The notes below the pieces were generated by a model. That model saw nothing but the letters and a program-made list of their open reading frames with translations. It had not been told where the DNA came from and ran no database searches. 64,000 nt of DNA. Origin: Kiritimatiellia bacterium (GTDB lineage: Bacteria; Verrucomicrobiota; Kiritimatiellia; JAAZAB01). Both the position numbers and the translations under genes were made by a program. The DNA lies in NCBI GenBank assembly GCA_040767085.1, contig JAXGPF010000005.1, forward strand, positions 160,001-224,000, in the 5' to 3' direction. Position 1 is the first letter of the stretch; every line of letters starts with the position of its first letter. Shown here piece by piece: positions 17,814 through 28,621 of this stretch.

Positions 17814-19991
17814 TCAGGGGATACCGGCGGACGCGGCGGCGGGCGGCGGGCCAAGCCGCCAGGCCCGGTCAAACACCTTCGGCCATTCCCGCGAGGCCCA
17901 GAAGGTTGCGGCCAGGACGCCCAGAATCACGAGCAAGACGAACAGGCGGACGCGTTTTTTGTCGGCAAACGGATCAACTGCGATCCGGCTGCTGCCGGGC
18001 GGCAGCGCGGCCAAGCGGGTTAAGGAAGCTCCGAACGGGATGTTGATACGCGCCCGGGTGTTCACGGCCCACCCGCCGGCGTCCAGCAGCGGACCCAGAT
18101 TGCGCAGGCGCAGTTTCATGGAAGCCAGCAGCATCGAAGGCCCGGAAATCAGCAGCAGCATGCCCAGCACGCCCAGGGGTAGCCAGAATCCCAGCCCGAA
18201 CAACATTTTCAAAAACCCGGCCACCAGGGCGCTGACCCCGCCGATGGCCGTCCCGAACAGCGCGATCGTACCCAGGTCAATCCCCTGCGGCGGGCGGGGC
18301 GGCTTGGCGGCGGCCTGGTCCGGTTGTCCCAGTTGGGCGACTTTGTCTGAAAATTTGGCGGTGGAATCCGCGTCGGCGGCCTGCGCCCGCTTGACAATCT
18401 GCTCCTCAATCATGCGCACGAGTTTCTTGTATGGCATCCAGAACGCCTCGCGCACGCTGATGGGATTGGAGACGATCCGGGTGATTGTCGCCAGCCAGTC
18501 GCGTCCCGCGCGGTCATAAAACACGCCATTCCGTCCGACCATCAGGTTGTCCGAATCGCCGTTCGTCACCACGGCCACAATATTCTTTAGCAGACCGCCG
18601 GGGCGCGTTGCGGTGCAATACACCAGGAAGGCCCCCGACAATCCCGCCAGCAAGGCATGGCGCGCCGGATCCGTCACTTCAATGCAAAGCGCGCAGGCCC
18701 GCGCGTCCAGATACAAAACCCCGGCTTGAAACACCGCCTGCGTGTTGCCGTAAAAATCGGTGAAATTAACCATGTTGGTCAAGACTTCGCCCAGGTCACG
18801 GCGGTAACGTATCAGTTTTTCAAGGAGCGCCACGCGTTCGTATTCCGGACGCATGGCGGCATCGCGTTCGATCAGGGCCAGTAAATCTTCCCGGACGCCG
18901 CCGGCCAGCAATTCGCGCAGACGCGGCAAACCGAGGGACTCCGCCGGGGTCTGAGGTTTGGAGTCCAGCCATTGTCCAACCGCAGCGACAGTCTGTTTCA
19001 AAGCTTGCCATGCGGATTCCGTCAATTCCCGGCATGGTTTGCCCAGCAGCGGCGTCGCGGCATCCGCGGCCAGGCTGGCCAGGCGGTCCGCCCAGGCCGG
19101 GTTGACTGCGCCGGCCAGCGGCAGCGGCTGGCCGGGCGCGGCCGCCGCCAGGGGCAGGGCCTCGATTTCGGCATCGGCGCCGGTCAGCATGCGCACGGCG
19201 AGAGCCTGGTAGTCGAATGACTCCAGATTCAGCGCGGCGGCGGCCCGTGGATCGAATGCGGCCAGGCGGCACCTGGCGAAGTAATCATCCGCCTTGTCCG
19301 CGACAGCGCGCACAGCGGCGGCGGCCTTAACCAGTTCCGGCGGCGGGGCCTGGCGGCCGTCCCAATCGCACAGCGCTTGCGCTTCGCTGAAGAACCGGTT
19401 CACCGCGGCCGCGTCAACCCCCGGTTGGCCGCTGCGGTCCGGCTGGCCCGGCAAAACGCTCAAAATCTCCTCGATCGCCCGGGCCAGTTGGGGCGTATCC
19501 GCCGAACTGGCGGGAACGATCCCGTCGCCGTTAAGCTTGGTGGAGGCAAAAATACGGTTTAAATCCGTGACATCCGCCAGTTGCACGGAGTCGGCCGCCG
19601 GGCGTCCCAGGTTGCTGAGCACGCGTTGGGCGATGGCCAGCAGTTCCGGATCGCCGATGGCCGCCAGCGGCAGGGAGTCGCCGCTGCTAAAGATGACCGC
19701 CGGGTCCTTGAGCGCCTGGTTGATCCACCGCACCGCCGACAGTATTTCCGGCGGGCGGATGCTGCCATCGCCATCGGTGTCCAGCAGCGACAGGGTGGCG
19801 GCGTCCAGCGCGATCCCCTGGACCGGCATGGCCAGGGCCATCCACAACTTGGGATCAAGTTCATCCAGGGCCGCCAGGTCCGCCGCATCGCGCAACAATA
19901 CCTGGTTGACGCCGCCGCGCCGGATGAAAACCCAGCGATGTGTCTGGTTTGCAGTCGCGGTTGGCATATCCGGTAAGTGTTCGGATTTCAT
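17814..19991 (-). CDS. Hypothetical membrane-anchored protein with EF-hand-like loop
   Basis: 725 aa; DTDGDGSIRPPE loop; long helical middle; C-terminal hydrophobic segments. The start overlaps the upstream stop. Confidence 0.75.
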   Translation of the reverse strand: MKSEHLPDMPTATANQTHRWVFIRRGGVNQVLLRDAADLAALDELDPKLWMALAMPVQGIALDAATLSLLDTDGDGSIRPPEILSAVRWINQALKDPAVIFSSGDSLPLAAIGDPELLAIAQRVLSNLGRPAADSVQLADVTDLNRIFASTKLNGDGIVPASSADTPQLARAIEEILSVLPGQPDRSGQPGVDAAAVNRFFSEAQALCDWDGRQAPPPELVKAAAAVRAVADKADDYFARCRLAAFDPRAAAALNLESFDYQALAVRMLTGADAEIEALPLAAAAPGQPLPLAGAVNPAWADRLASLAADAATPLLGKPCRELTESAWQALKQTVAAVGQWLDSKPQTPAESLGLPRLRELLAGGVREDLLALIERDAAMRPEYERVALLEKLIRYRRDLGEVLTNMVNFTDFYGNTQAVFQAGVLYLDARACALCIEVTDPARHALLAGLSGAFLVYCTATRPGGLLKNIVAVVTNGDSDNLMVGRNGVFYDRAGRDWLATITRIVSNPISVREAFWMPYKKLVRMIEEQIVKRAQAADADSTAKFSDKVAQLGQPDQAAAKPPRPPQGIDLGTIALFGTAIGGVSALVAGFLKMLFGLGFWLPLGVLGMLLLISGPSMLLASMKLRLRNLGPLLDAGGWAVNTRARINIPFGASLTRLAALPPGSSRIAVDPFADKKRVRLFVLLVILGVLAATFWASREWPKVFDRAWRLGPPPAAASAGIP

Positions 19992-20443
19992 TGTTCGGGA
20001 TCCATCGTCAGCAACTGGAAGCCGGTGGCCGGGTCCAGCCGGCGGCAGGCGGACGTGCCGGTCAGTTCCTGAATGATGATTTCCAGCACATGCCAGGCGC
20101 GCACGCCGCGGCGGACGCAGCCCGTGACGGTCTGCCCGCGCCGGCCGGCAGCCAGGTGCATGTGCAACACCGGCTGGCCAGCGGCATCCGGAAACAGCGT
20201 GCCGACGCCGGCAATTTCATGCGCCTCATCCAATACATGTTCCATGGGCTGCGGGGGCATGCCCCGGCCCTCCGCCGGGCCGACCACCAGCCGGCTGCCG
20301 GCATCGGCGCCGCCGACTGCGATCAAAGACGCCGCGGTGATGCGGTGGTCTCGCGCGAATCGTTCCACGGTCTCGTGGAGAATTTCGCCATCCTCCAAGC
20401 GCAAAACAAAAACACGACCAAGTTGGGCTGGCGAGTAATTCAT
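19988..20443 (-). CDS. PPC-domain (DUF296) protein
   Basis: GRVFVLRLEDGE...HEIAGVGTL...LHMHLAAGR...LEIII. Confidence 0.85.
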   Translation of the reverse strand: MNYSPAQLGRVFVLRLEDGEILHETVERFARDHRITAASLIAVGGADAGSRLVVGPAEGRGMPPQPMEHVLDEAHEIAGVGTLFPDAAGQPVLHMHLAAGRRGQTVTGCVRRGVRAWHVLEIIIQELTGTSACRRLDPATGFQLLTMDPEQ

Positions 20444-21228
20444 TCGCGGTATTCCGCCCATTCCGGCTCGTTTTCGAAAATCCAGCGGTAATATTCCACG
20501 CCCTGCAATTTGGCGGCAGCGGCTTCGTCCACGATCACCGTACAGCGCGGATGCAACTGCAGCGCCGAGGCGGAAATCATCGCCGTGATCGGCCCTTCCA
20601 CCGCTCTGGCAATGATCTCCGCCTTGCCGGCCCCGACCGCCAGCAGGACGCAGCGCTTGCTTTCCAGAATGGTGCCGACCCCCATGGTCAGGGCCCGGCG
20701 CGGCATCTGCGCCGGGGAGTCGAACAGCGGCCCGTTCTGCGCCATGGTCTCGGGCGAGAGCGCCTTGGGACGCGTGCGGGAACGGAGGGCCGAAAGCGGC
20801 TCGTTGAAGCCGATATGACCGTCCTGACCGATGCCCAGCAGTTGAAAATCAATGCCGCCGGCGCGCTGGATCTGGTTTTCATATTCCAGGCATTCGGCGG
20901 CCAGGTCGGACGCGGCGCCATTGGGCAGGCGGGTATTGCGCAAGTCAATATTTACCTTGGTGAACAAATGCCGGTTCATGTAGCTGCGGTAGGAATTTTT
21001 ATCTTCCGGCGCCAGCCCGACGTATTCGTCCAGGTTAAACGTCCGGCAAAGCGAAAAATCCAAACCTTCATGCTGATGCATGCCGGCCAGCAGGGCGTAC
21101 ACGCTTTCCATGGTCCGGCCGGTGGCCAGTCCCAGGACCAGGGCGGGATTCGAACCCAATTCCGCGGCAATCAACCGGGCAGTCAGCCGGGCTGCTGCCG
21201 GGGCATCTTTTTGAATAATGACTTCCAT
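20440..21228 (-). CDS. nagB: Glucosamine-6-phosphate deaminase
   Basis: LGLATGRT, TFNLDEYVGL, GGIDFQLLGIGQDGHIGFNEP, ALTMGVGTI, SALQLHP. Confidence 0.95.
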   Translation of the reverse strand: MEVIIQKDAPAAARLTARLIAAELGSNPALVLGLATGRTMESVYALLAGMHQHEGLDFSLCRTFNLDEYVGLAPEDKNSYRSYMNRHLFTKVNIDLRNTRLPNGAASDLAAECLEYENQIQRAGGIDFQLLGIGQDGHIGFNEPLSALRSRTRPKALSPETMAQNGPLFDSPAQMPRRALTMGVGTILESKRCVLLAVGAGKAEIIARAVEGPITAMISASALQLHPRCTVIVDEAAAAKLQGVEYYRWIFENEPEWAEYRE

Positions 21229-21430
21229 GATTCGGCTCTCTCCGTGGTCTATTGCAACCATGCCGGTTCAGGCCTTTCGCGGCCGCGGCCGGCTTCGATT
21301 TTATAGTTTGCTTGCAAAAAAACGCATATTGTGCAACAAATCCGTCAAGTTATACCAGACATCGCCGTATTTGTGAAGGTTAAAACCCTGTGTTTGGCGC
21401 GTTGACCGGCGCCCGGAGAATGTGAGAAAC

Positions 21431-23185
21431 ATGGCCACGATTTTCAACCGACCAGGCGTCATGGCGCCGGCTTTAAGCGGCGCTGTGCTGACAGCCTTGT
21501 TGCTGGGGCTGATCTCGCTGGCCGGGATTGCCAATCATGAATTATGGACGCCGGACGAGCCGCGCGAGGCGGCCATCGCGCTGGCCATGCGCCGCAGCGG
21601 CGATCCGATCGTGCCGCGGCTGGCGGGCGCGCCATTCGTCGAAAAACCGCCGCTGGCCTATATCGTCAGCGCCGCTACCCTGGCCTGCTTGAAACCCTGG
21701 CTCGGCCCGACCGCCGCCCTGCGGATGTCTTCCGCCATCTGGGGGCTGGCGACTTTGCTGGCGACTTTCATGCTGGCCCGCCGGCTGGCGGGCGCCAAGG
21801 CGGCGGCATGGGCAGCGGCCGCTTTGGCCGTCATGCCCGGATTCGTGCATGTCACCCACTGGCTCCTGGTGGATAATGCCCTGATGTTTTTCATTACCGC
21901 CGCCATCTGGCTGCTCTGCGAATCTTACCTGGCGCGCCGGCCGGCATTCTTGCCGCTGGCCGGCATGGCGGCTGCCGGCGCCTTCCTCGCCAAGGGCCTG
22001 CTGGGGCCGATTTTCATCGGCCTGGGCTGGCTGGGCATCATGTTCCACCTCTTCCGATCGAGCAAGCATGCGGAACCGCCAGCCGCGGCCGGCCCGGCCA
22101 TTACGCGTACGCGCTGGACTGCCTGGCACATCCTGGCGGCTTTGGCGGCTTTGCTGATTGCCGGGGCCTGGATGGCAGGGCTGCGCTGGCATGGCGGGCC
22201 GGATTTATGGCGGGAGTGGTTCTGGGATAATCACTTCGGCCGGTTCACCGGCCAGGCCCGGCATCTGGGACACAACCGCGGACCGTTTTATTACATTCCA
22301 GCCCTGGCGGCCGGGGGATTGCCCTGGCTGGCAGCCTGGATCAATGCCGCCTGGAACGCCGGCCGGCGACGGTTGCGTCAGTCGCCCCACCCTGTGCCGG
22401 CCGCCGCCTGGCCGGTCATCCTGGCATGGGGTGTTGGCGGACTGATCCTGTTGTCGCTCTCCTCCACCAAGCGCGAAATATACTTGAGCACGCTCTGGCC
22501 GTGCCTGGGCGTGTTGACCGGCATCCTGCTGCAAACACCGCCGGCGGGCTGGGTGCGCCGCTGCCTGCAAGCCTGGCAATGGCTGGCGCTGGCGGTCATG
22601 CTCGCCGCCGCCGTTGTCCCCGCCGCCGCCTTCGCGGCCGGATACCTGCCGGGCCCGGCCGCCCTGGCGGGCAGTCTCGCAGCCCTTCCGGCGCTGGCCG
22701 CCGCCGGGCTGATCTGGCGCCGCCCGGACTGGCCCTGGCCATGGCGCTGGCTGTCCATCACGGCCCTGGCCTACATCCTGGCCTTGACCAATCTGCCTCC
22801 CGCGCTGGATCACTTCAAGAATCAGCAGCCGGTATTTGTGAAATTGGGCGCCGCCATCCCGGCCGCCGAGCGCGGGCGGGTGGGTCTATGGAATCCCGAT
22901 GAAACCACGCGGGCTGGATTTTATTATTATTGCAACTTGGTTTTTCCGCCGGTTTATGATAGCTTGGAACTTTCATTGATTTTATCAGGACAGCATCCGC
23001 GCCTGGACAGCATTGTCGCGGCCGGCCGGAATTTTCCGCCGGAGACGGTGGAATTGCCGGCCTGGACCCTCCGGGCGCTGGCCAAACCCAATGCCCGGGG
23101 CCGCAAGCGCGAATTAATGTTCGTGACCGGAACCGGGCGGGGCCCAGCCGCCGATCAACCGGCGCCGCAGCCCGGCGGGCTGTAA
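21431..23185 (+). CDS. arnT: ArnT-like GT-C glycosyltransferase (L-Ara4N transferase / PMT family)
   Basis: WTPDEPRE, FVEKPPL, LAKG and SSTKREIY motifs; many TM helices; upstream of arnB-arnC. Confidence 0.75.
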   Translation: MATIFNRPGVMAPALSGAVLTALLLGLISLAGIANHELWTPDEPREAAIALAMRRSGDPIVPRLAGAPFVEKPPLAYIVSAATLACLKPWLGPTAALRMSSAIWGLATLLATFMLARRLAGAKAAAWAAAALAVMPGFVHVTHWLLVDNALMFFITAAIWLLCESYLARRPAFLPLAGMAAAGAFLAKGLLGPIFIGLGWLGIMFHLFRSSKHAEPPAAAGPAITRTRWTAWHILAALAALLIAGAWMAGLRWHGGPDLWREWFWDNHFGRFTGQARHLGHNRGPFYYIPALAAGGLPWLAAWINAAWNAGRRRLRQSPHPVPAAAWPVILAWGVGGLILLSLSSTKREIYLSTLWPCLGVLTGILLQTPPAGWVRRCLQAWQWLALAVMLAAAVVPAAAFAAGYLPGPAALAGSLAALPALAAAGLIWRRPDWPWPWRWLSITALAYILALTNLPPALDHFKNQQPVFVKLGAAIPAAERGRVGLWNPDETTRAGFYYYCNLVFPPVYDSLELSLILSGQHPRLDSIVAAGRNFPPETVELPAWTLRALAKPNARGRKRELMFVTGTGRGPAADQPAPQPGGL

Positions 23186-23262
23186 TCCGGCCGGACGGAT
23201 GCGGATGGAAGATGGGGTAGAACGCCCGCACCGCGGGCAAATTGCCAAGGGCAAGGAGGAGC

Positions 23263-24414
23263 ATGCGCAAGGAATTTCTGCCGTTTTCCCGGCCGACATT
23301 TGACGAGGACGACATCCAGGCCGTCGGGGAAGTGCTGCGGTCGGGCTGGATCACCACCGGCCAGCATGCCGCGGAATTCGAGAAGGAATTCAGCGCTTAT
23401 ACCGGCGCGGGCGGGTCGGTGGCCCTGGCCTCCGCCACCGCCGGCATGCACCTGGCGCTCAAGGCCCTCAATATCGGCCCGGGCGACGAGGTCATCACGC
23501 CGTCCATGACCTGGGTTTCCACCATCAACCTGATCGTCCTGGCCGGCGCCAAGCCGGTCATGGTGGATGTGGACCGCGACACCCTGATGGCCTCCGCCGA
23601 GCACATCGCCGCCGCCGTGACCGAGCGCACCAGGTTGATTGTGCCCGTGCATTTCGCCGGCGCGCCGGCGGACCTGGATGCCATCCGGCAACTGGCCGGC
23701 GCGCGCGGAATCCGGCTGATTGAAGACGCCGCCCATGCCGCCGGCACGGAATACCGAGGCCACCGCATCGGCAGCCAGGGTATCGCCATTTTTTCGTTCC
23801 ATCCCATCAAAAACATCACCACCGGCGAAGGGGGTATGTTCTGCGCCGATGATCCCGCCCTGCTCGAGCATATCCGCCGCCTGAAATTCCACGGACTGGG
23901 CGTGGATGCCTTCGACCGCCGCACCCAGGGCCGGTCGCCCCAGGCGGAAGTCGTCGAGCCGGGCTACAAATACAACCTGACCGATATCGCCGCCGTGCTG
24001 GGCCGGCGCCAGCTGGTGCGACTGGATGAATTCAACCGCCGGCGCGCGGCCCTGGCGCAGCGTTACCGCGCCCGCCTGGCGGAGGTGCAGGAAATCCTGC
24101 CGCTGGCCGAACCGGCCTACCCCATGCGCCATGCCTGGCACCTGTTTATCGTCCGCCTGGACGCCGACCGCGCCCGCCTGACCCGCGACGAATTCATGGA
24201 GGAACTCAAGCGGCGCAATATCGGCACCGGCCTGCATTTCCGCGCCGCGCATCTGCAAAAATATTACCGTGAACAAATGGGGTTCCGGCGCGGCATGCTG
24301 CCGCAGACCGAATGGAACTCCGACCGCATCTGTTCCCTGCCGCTGTTCCCGGGCATGCGTCCGGAGGATGTGGACGATGTGGTTGCCGCCATCAAGGAAG
24401 TCCTGAAACGATGA
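23263..24414 (+). CDS. arnB: UDP-4-amino-4-deoxy-L-arabinose aminotransferase
   Basis: [63 protein letters not shown]. Confidence 0.92.
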   Translation: MRKEFLPFSRPTFDEDDIQAVGEVLRSGWITTGQHAAEFEKEFSAYTGAGGSVALASATAGMHLALKALNIGPGDEVITPSMTWVSTINLIVLAGAKPVMVDVDRDTLMASAEHIAAAVTERTRLIVPVHFAGAPADLDAIRQLAGARGIRLIEDAAHAAGTEYRGHRIGSQGIAIFSFHPIKNITTGEGGMFCADDPALLEHIRRLKFHGLGVDAFDRRTQGRSPQAEVVEPGYKYNLTDIAAVLGRRQLVRLDEFNRRRAALAQRYRARLAEVQEILPLAEPAYPMRHAWHLFIVRLDADRARLTRDEFMEELKRRNIGTGLHFRAAHLQKYYREQMGFRRGMLPQTEWNSDRICSLPLFPGMRPEDVDDVVAAIKEVLKR

Positions 24415-25385
24415 ACACTCCCGCTACCGTCTCCGTGGTCATTCCCGTTTACAACGAGGAAGCCAACCTGCCGGAACTGCTGCGCCGCACCCTGGCCGCC
24501 GTCCGCGCGCTGCGGACGCCATTTGAGCTGATCCTGGTGGATGACGGCAGCCGCGACCGTTCCCGCGCCCTGCTGGACGCCGCCGCGCGGGAAAACCCGG
24601 AAGTCATCGCGGTCATGCTCAACCGCAACTACGGGCAGCATGCCGCCGTCATGGCGGGTTTCGCCCAGGCTCGCGGCGAAATCATCGTCACCCTGGACGC
24701 CGACCTGCAGAATCCGCCGGAAGAAATCGGCAAGCTGGCGGCGAAAATGGAGGAAGGGCTCGACGTGGTGGGCTCGGTGCGGGTGCCGCGCTGCGACAGC
24801 CTGTTCCGCCGCCTTTCATCCTTCCTGGTCAACCGCGTCACCGCCCGCGTGACAGGCGTCACGATGCACGACTACGGCTGCATGCTGCGCGCCTACCGCC
24901 GGCCGATCGTACAGGCGATGCTGCAATGCCACGAACGCAGCACTTTCATCCCGGCGCTGGCCAACAGTTTCGCCCGGCACACCGCCGAAGTCGAAGTGCG
25001 GCATGCCGAGCGCCAGGCCGGCGCCTCGAAATACAGCTTCTGGAAATTGATCAACCTCCAATTCGACCTCCTGACCAGCATTACCACTTTCCCACTGCGC
25101 TGTTTGAGCATTTTCGGCGTAATGATGTTCCTGGCCGGCGTCGGACTGGGCCTCTGGATCCTGGCGCTGCGCTTGATCCACGGACCGGAATGGGCGGCGC
25201 AGGGCGTCTTCACCCTGCTGGCAATCCTGTTTTTCTTCATGGGCGCCCAACTGGTCGGCATGGGGCTGCTGGGCGAATATATCGGCCGAACTTACATGGA
25301 CGTGCGGGCCCGGCCGCGCTATTTCGTGGAAAAAGTGGTCGGGCAAAGCCGGATCGGCGGTGACGCCGGGGCGCACGCGCAGTAA
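24411..25385 (+). CDS. arnC: Undecaprenyl-phosphate 4-deoxy-4-formamido-L-arabinose transferase
   Basis: [57 protein letters not shown] overlap with arnB. Confidence 0.9.
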   Translation: MNTPATVSVVIPVYNEEANLPELLRRTLAAVRALRTPFELILVDDGSRDRSRALLDAAARENPEVIAVMLNRNYGQHAAVMAGFAQARGEIIVTLDADLQNPPEEIGKLAAKMEEGLDVVGSVRVPRCDSLFRRLSSFLVNRVTARVTGVTMHDYGCMLRAYRRPIVQAMLQCHERSTFIPALANSFARHTAEVEVRHAERQAGASKYSFWKLINLQFDLLTSITTFPLRCLSIFGVMMFLAGVGLGLWILALRLIHGPEWAAQGVFTLLAILFFFMGAQLVGMGLLGEYIGRTYMDVRARPRYFVEKVVGQSRIGGDAGAHAQ

Positions 25386-25444
25386 ATCCGGCGCACCGCA
25401 TGGCCGGCATGGCGGACCAGTTTCAACCAGGTGACAAAATCAAC

Positions 25445-27934
25445 ATGACCAAAACGCTCATCATTGCCGAAAAACCCTCCGTAGCGGCGGATATCGCCAA
25501 GGCGCTTGGCGGATTCAAACGCGAAAAAGACTATTTCGAAAGCGAACGCTACGTCCTTTCGTCCGCCGTCGGACATTTGCTGGAAATCCATCCGCCGGAT
25601 GGCTGCGAGGCTCCGCGCGGCAAGTGGAAGTTCGAAAATCTGCCGGTGATCCCGCCGCATTTCGATTTACAGCCGATCGAAAAGACCGCCGCGCGCCTGA
25701 AACTGCTGTTGCGCCTCATCCGCCGCAAGGACGTCGGCGGCCTGATCAACGCCTGCGACGCCGGCCGGGAAGGCGAACTTATTTTCCGGCATATTGCGCA
25801 ATATGCCAAGACCAAACTCCCCATTCAGCGCCTGTGGCTCCAATCCATGACGCCCGGCGCCATCCGCGAGGGTTTCGAGCGCCTGCGCGACGGCGTCGAA
25901 CTCCAGCCGCTGGCCAATGCCGCCGCCTGCCGGGCCGCGGCGGACTGGCTGGTGGGCATCAACGGCACGCGCGCCATGACGGCTTTCAATTCGCGCCTGG
26001 GCGGATTCCACCTGACCACCGTCGGCCGGGTGCAGACTCCCACGCTGGCCATCGTGGTGGAGCGCGAGGAAAAAATAAAAAAATTCATCCCGCGCGATTA
26101 CTGGGAAGTCCTGGCCACATTCCGCGCCGCCGCCGGCGAATATGCCGGGCGCTGGTTCGACCCGGCGTTCAGCAAAAATCCCAACGATGAAGAAGCGCGG
26201 GCCGAACGGCTCTGGGACCGCGCGCGGGCCGAGGGTATCCAGGCAAAGTGCGCCGGCCAGCCGGCTACGGTCTCCGAGGAATCCAAACCCACCACCCAGT
26301 TATCGCCTCTGCTCTTCGACCTGACCAGCCTGCAGCGCGAGGCCAATTCCCGCTTCGGATTCTCCGCCCGGCGCACACTGCAGATCGCCCAGGCGCTCTA
26401 TGAAAAATACAAGGTGTTGACCTATCCCCGCACGGATTCCCGCGCCCTGCCCGAAGATTATCAGGCCACTGTCCGCCAGGTGCTGGCCAAGCTCGGCGAC
26501 GGAGCATACGGCCAGTTGGCGTCCGCCATCCTGCAGAACGGCTGGGTCAAGCCCAACCGCCGGATTTTCAACAACGCCAAGATTTCCGACCATTTTGCGA
26601 TCATCCCCACCATCCAGCCGGCGGGAAACCTGCCGGAGGACGACCGCCGGATTTATGACCTGGTTACCCGGCGGTTCCTGGCGGTGTTTTACCCCGCGGC
26701 CGAATACCTGGTCACCACCCGCATCACCACGGCCGCGGGCGAAAACTTTAAAAGCGAAGGCAAGGTCCTGGTCAAGCCCGGCTGGCTCGAGGTTTACGGA
26801 CGCGCCCTGCCGGCGGACGACGCCGCGCCCAACCTGGCGCCGGTCGCCCCGGGTGAAACCGTGCAGACCATCGGCGTGGAGGTCAAGGGATTGCAGACCC
26901 GCCCCCCAGCGCGTTTCACCGAAGCCACGCTGCTCTCCGCCATGGAAGGCGCGGGCAAACTGGTGGACGACGAGGAATTGCGCGAGGCCATGCTGGCCAA
27001 GGGGTTGGGCACTCCCGCCACCCGCGCCGCGATTATCGAAGGGCTGTTGTATGAACGTTACCTGGTGCGCCAAGGCCGCGAATTGCAGCCGACCGCCAAG
27101 GCGTTTTCGCTGATCGCCCTCCTGCGCGGCTTGTCGGTCCCGGAACTCTGCTCGCCGGAACTGACCGGCAACTGGGAATTCCAGCTCAAGCAGATCGAGC
27201 GCGCCCAGCTCGATCATGAAAAATTCATGCAGGAGATTGCCGCCATGACCCGGCGCATCGTGGACAAGGCCAAAAGCTTCGAGCACGACACCATCCCCGG
27301 CGATTTCGGTGTTCTGAAAACGCCCTGCCCGAAATGCGGCGGCGCGGTCCATGAAAATTACAAGAAATTTCAATGCCAGGCCTGCGATTTCAGTTGCTGG
27401 AAAACCCTGGCTGGCCGGCAATTCGAAATCGCCGAGATGGAGGAGTTGCTCGCCAAGCGGACGGTCGGGCCCCTGGAAAATTTCCGTAACCAGCGCGGCC
27501 GCACTTTCAGCGCAGTCGTGCGCATGGATGACGAATTGAAAATCTCCTTCGATTTCGGCCAATCCAACGCCGCTCCCGCCGAGGCCGCCGATTTCTCCGG
27601 GCAGGAGCCGCTGGGCCGGTGCCCGAAGTGCGGCGCCGGCGTTTACGCCAACGGCCGCGTATACATCTGCGAGAAAGCCGCCACCGCGCCGCCCGCCTGT
27701 GATTTCCGCACTGGCGCCGTCATCCTTAAAAAAGCGATCGAGCCGGCGCAGGTCGGCAAGCTCCTCGCCACCGGCCGCACCGACCTGATTCAGGGGTTTA
27801 TCTCCAAGAAAAACCGGCCGTTCAAAGCGTTCCTGGTCCTGCAAGACGGCCAGGTGAAGTTTGAATTCGAACCCCGGCGCCCGAAAAAATCCGCCGGCCC
27901 GGCCGCGGCGGCGGCGTCCAAACCCAAGACGTAA
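25445..27934 (+). CDS. topB: DNA topoisomerase III with C-terminal Zn-ribbon repeats
   Basis: IIAEKPSVA, NACDAGREGELIF, GRVQTPTL, LTYPRTDS, GLGTPATRA and CPKCG repeats. Confidence 0.93.
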   Translation: MTKTLIIAEKPSVAADIAKALGGFKREKDYFESERYVLSSAVGHLLEIHPPDGCEAPRGKWKFENLPVIPPHFDLQPIEKTAARLKLLLRLIRRKDVGGLINACDAGREGELIFRHIAQYAKTKLPIQRLWLQSMTPGAIREGFERLRDGVELQPLANAAACRAAADWLVGINGTRAMTAFNSRLGGFHLTTVGRVQTPTLAIVVEREEKIKKFIPRDYWEVLATFRAAAGEYAGRWFDPAFSKNPNDEEARAERLWDRARAEGIQAKCAGQPATVSEESKPTTQLSPLLFDLTSLQREANSRFGFSARRTLQIAQALYEKYKVLTYPRTDSRALPEDYQATVRQVLAKLGDGAYGQLASAILQNGWVKPNRRIFNNAKISDHFAIIPTIQPAGNLPEDDRRIYDLVTRRFLAVFYPAAEYLVTTRITTAAGENFKSEGKVLVKPGWLEVYGRALPADDAAPNLAPVAPGETVQTIGVEVKGLQTRPPARFTEATLLSAMEGAGKLVDDEELREAMLAKGLGTPATRAAIIEGLLYERYLVRQGRELQPTAKAFSLIALLRGLSVPELCSPELTGNWEFQLKQIERAQLDHEKFMQEIAAMTRRIVDKAKSFEHDTIPGDFGVLKTPCPKCGGAVHENYKKFQCQACDFSCWKTLAGRQFEIAEMEELLAKRTVGPLENFRNQRGRTFSAVVRMDDELKISFDFGQSNAAPAEAADFSGQEPLGRCPKCGAGVYANGRVYICEKAATAPPACDFRTGAVILKKAIEPAQVGKLLATGRTDLIQGFISKKNRPFKAFLVLQDGQVKFEFEPRRPKKSAGPAAAAASKPKT

Positions 27935-27939
27935 TTGCT

Positions 27940-27968
27940 TTGACAGGCGCGGGTTTTGCTTTTATGCT
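27940..27968 (+). promoter_or_regulatory. Sigma70-type promoter for the hypothetical-dprA pair
   Basis: TTGACA-17 bp-TATGCT. Confidence 0.6.
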
Positions 27969-27991
27969 ACCCGCGTAACCAAGAGGTGCAT

Positions 27992-28621
27992 ATGTCGGCG
28001 ATCAGCGAATTGATCGTGCGCGAATATTTCGAAGCTCTGGGCTACCAGGTCTGCCAGCCATGCAAACACCTGGTGGGCGGCCGCGCCAAGCGCCCGGAGG
28101 AGGAAGCCGACCTGCTGATTCGGCATCCCGGCATCGCCGAAACGCGCATCCCCGCGCACGTTTTATGGACGGCGGAAGACCTGCGGAACATCGGCCAGGC
28201 GGTCGTCTGCATCTACGGCTGGCATGCCGAGCGCATCTACCCGGCCATGCTGGAAAACCTGCCGGAAATCGTGCGCTTTGCCGCGCCGGAAGCCCTGCGC
28301 GCCGCCCACCGCAACCTGGGATCCGACCAGGCGGCCACGATCTTGTGCCTGCCGAAGTTGCCGGCTTCCGCCGAATTGAAGCAGCGGCTGTTAAGCCAGT
28401 TGCGGGAAAAAGGCGTCCATGGCGTGCTGGGATTCCGGAACATCCTGCAGACGCTGATCCACCGGGTGGACCCCGCCAAGAATTACGATAAATCCGATGT
28501 CCTGCAAATGATCCGCATTTTGAAGATTTACGATTTGCTGCAATCATCGCAACTGGAATTATTCGCCCGCCGTCAACCGCGCCGGCGGCGCAAGGGAGCA
28601 GCGGACCTTGGACGCGCATGA
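27992..28621 (+). CDS. Hypothetical protein, possible PD-(D/E)XK/YraN-like fold
   Basis: RBS GAGGTG; SELIVREYFEALGYQV...EEEADLLI; overlaps the dprA start. Confidence 0.7.
   Translation: MSAISELIVREYFEALGYQVCQPCKHLVGGRAKRPEEEADLLIRHPGIAETRIPAHVLWTAEDLRNIGQAVVCIYGWHAERIYPAMLENLPEIVRFAAPEALRAAHRNLGSDQAATILCLPKLPASAELKQRLLSQLREKGVHGVLGFRNILQTLIHRVDPAKNYDKSDVLQMIRILKIYDLLQSSQLELFARRQPRRRRKGAADLGRA

Noticed and set aside
17722-17830. tRNA-Glu as an integration site for an island
   Set aside because: No integrase nearby, no duplicated tRNA 3' end noticed in the window, and flanking genes have host-like composition.
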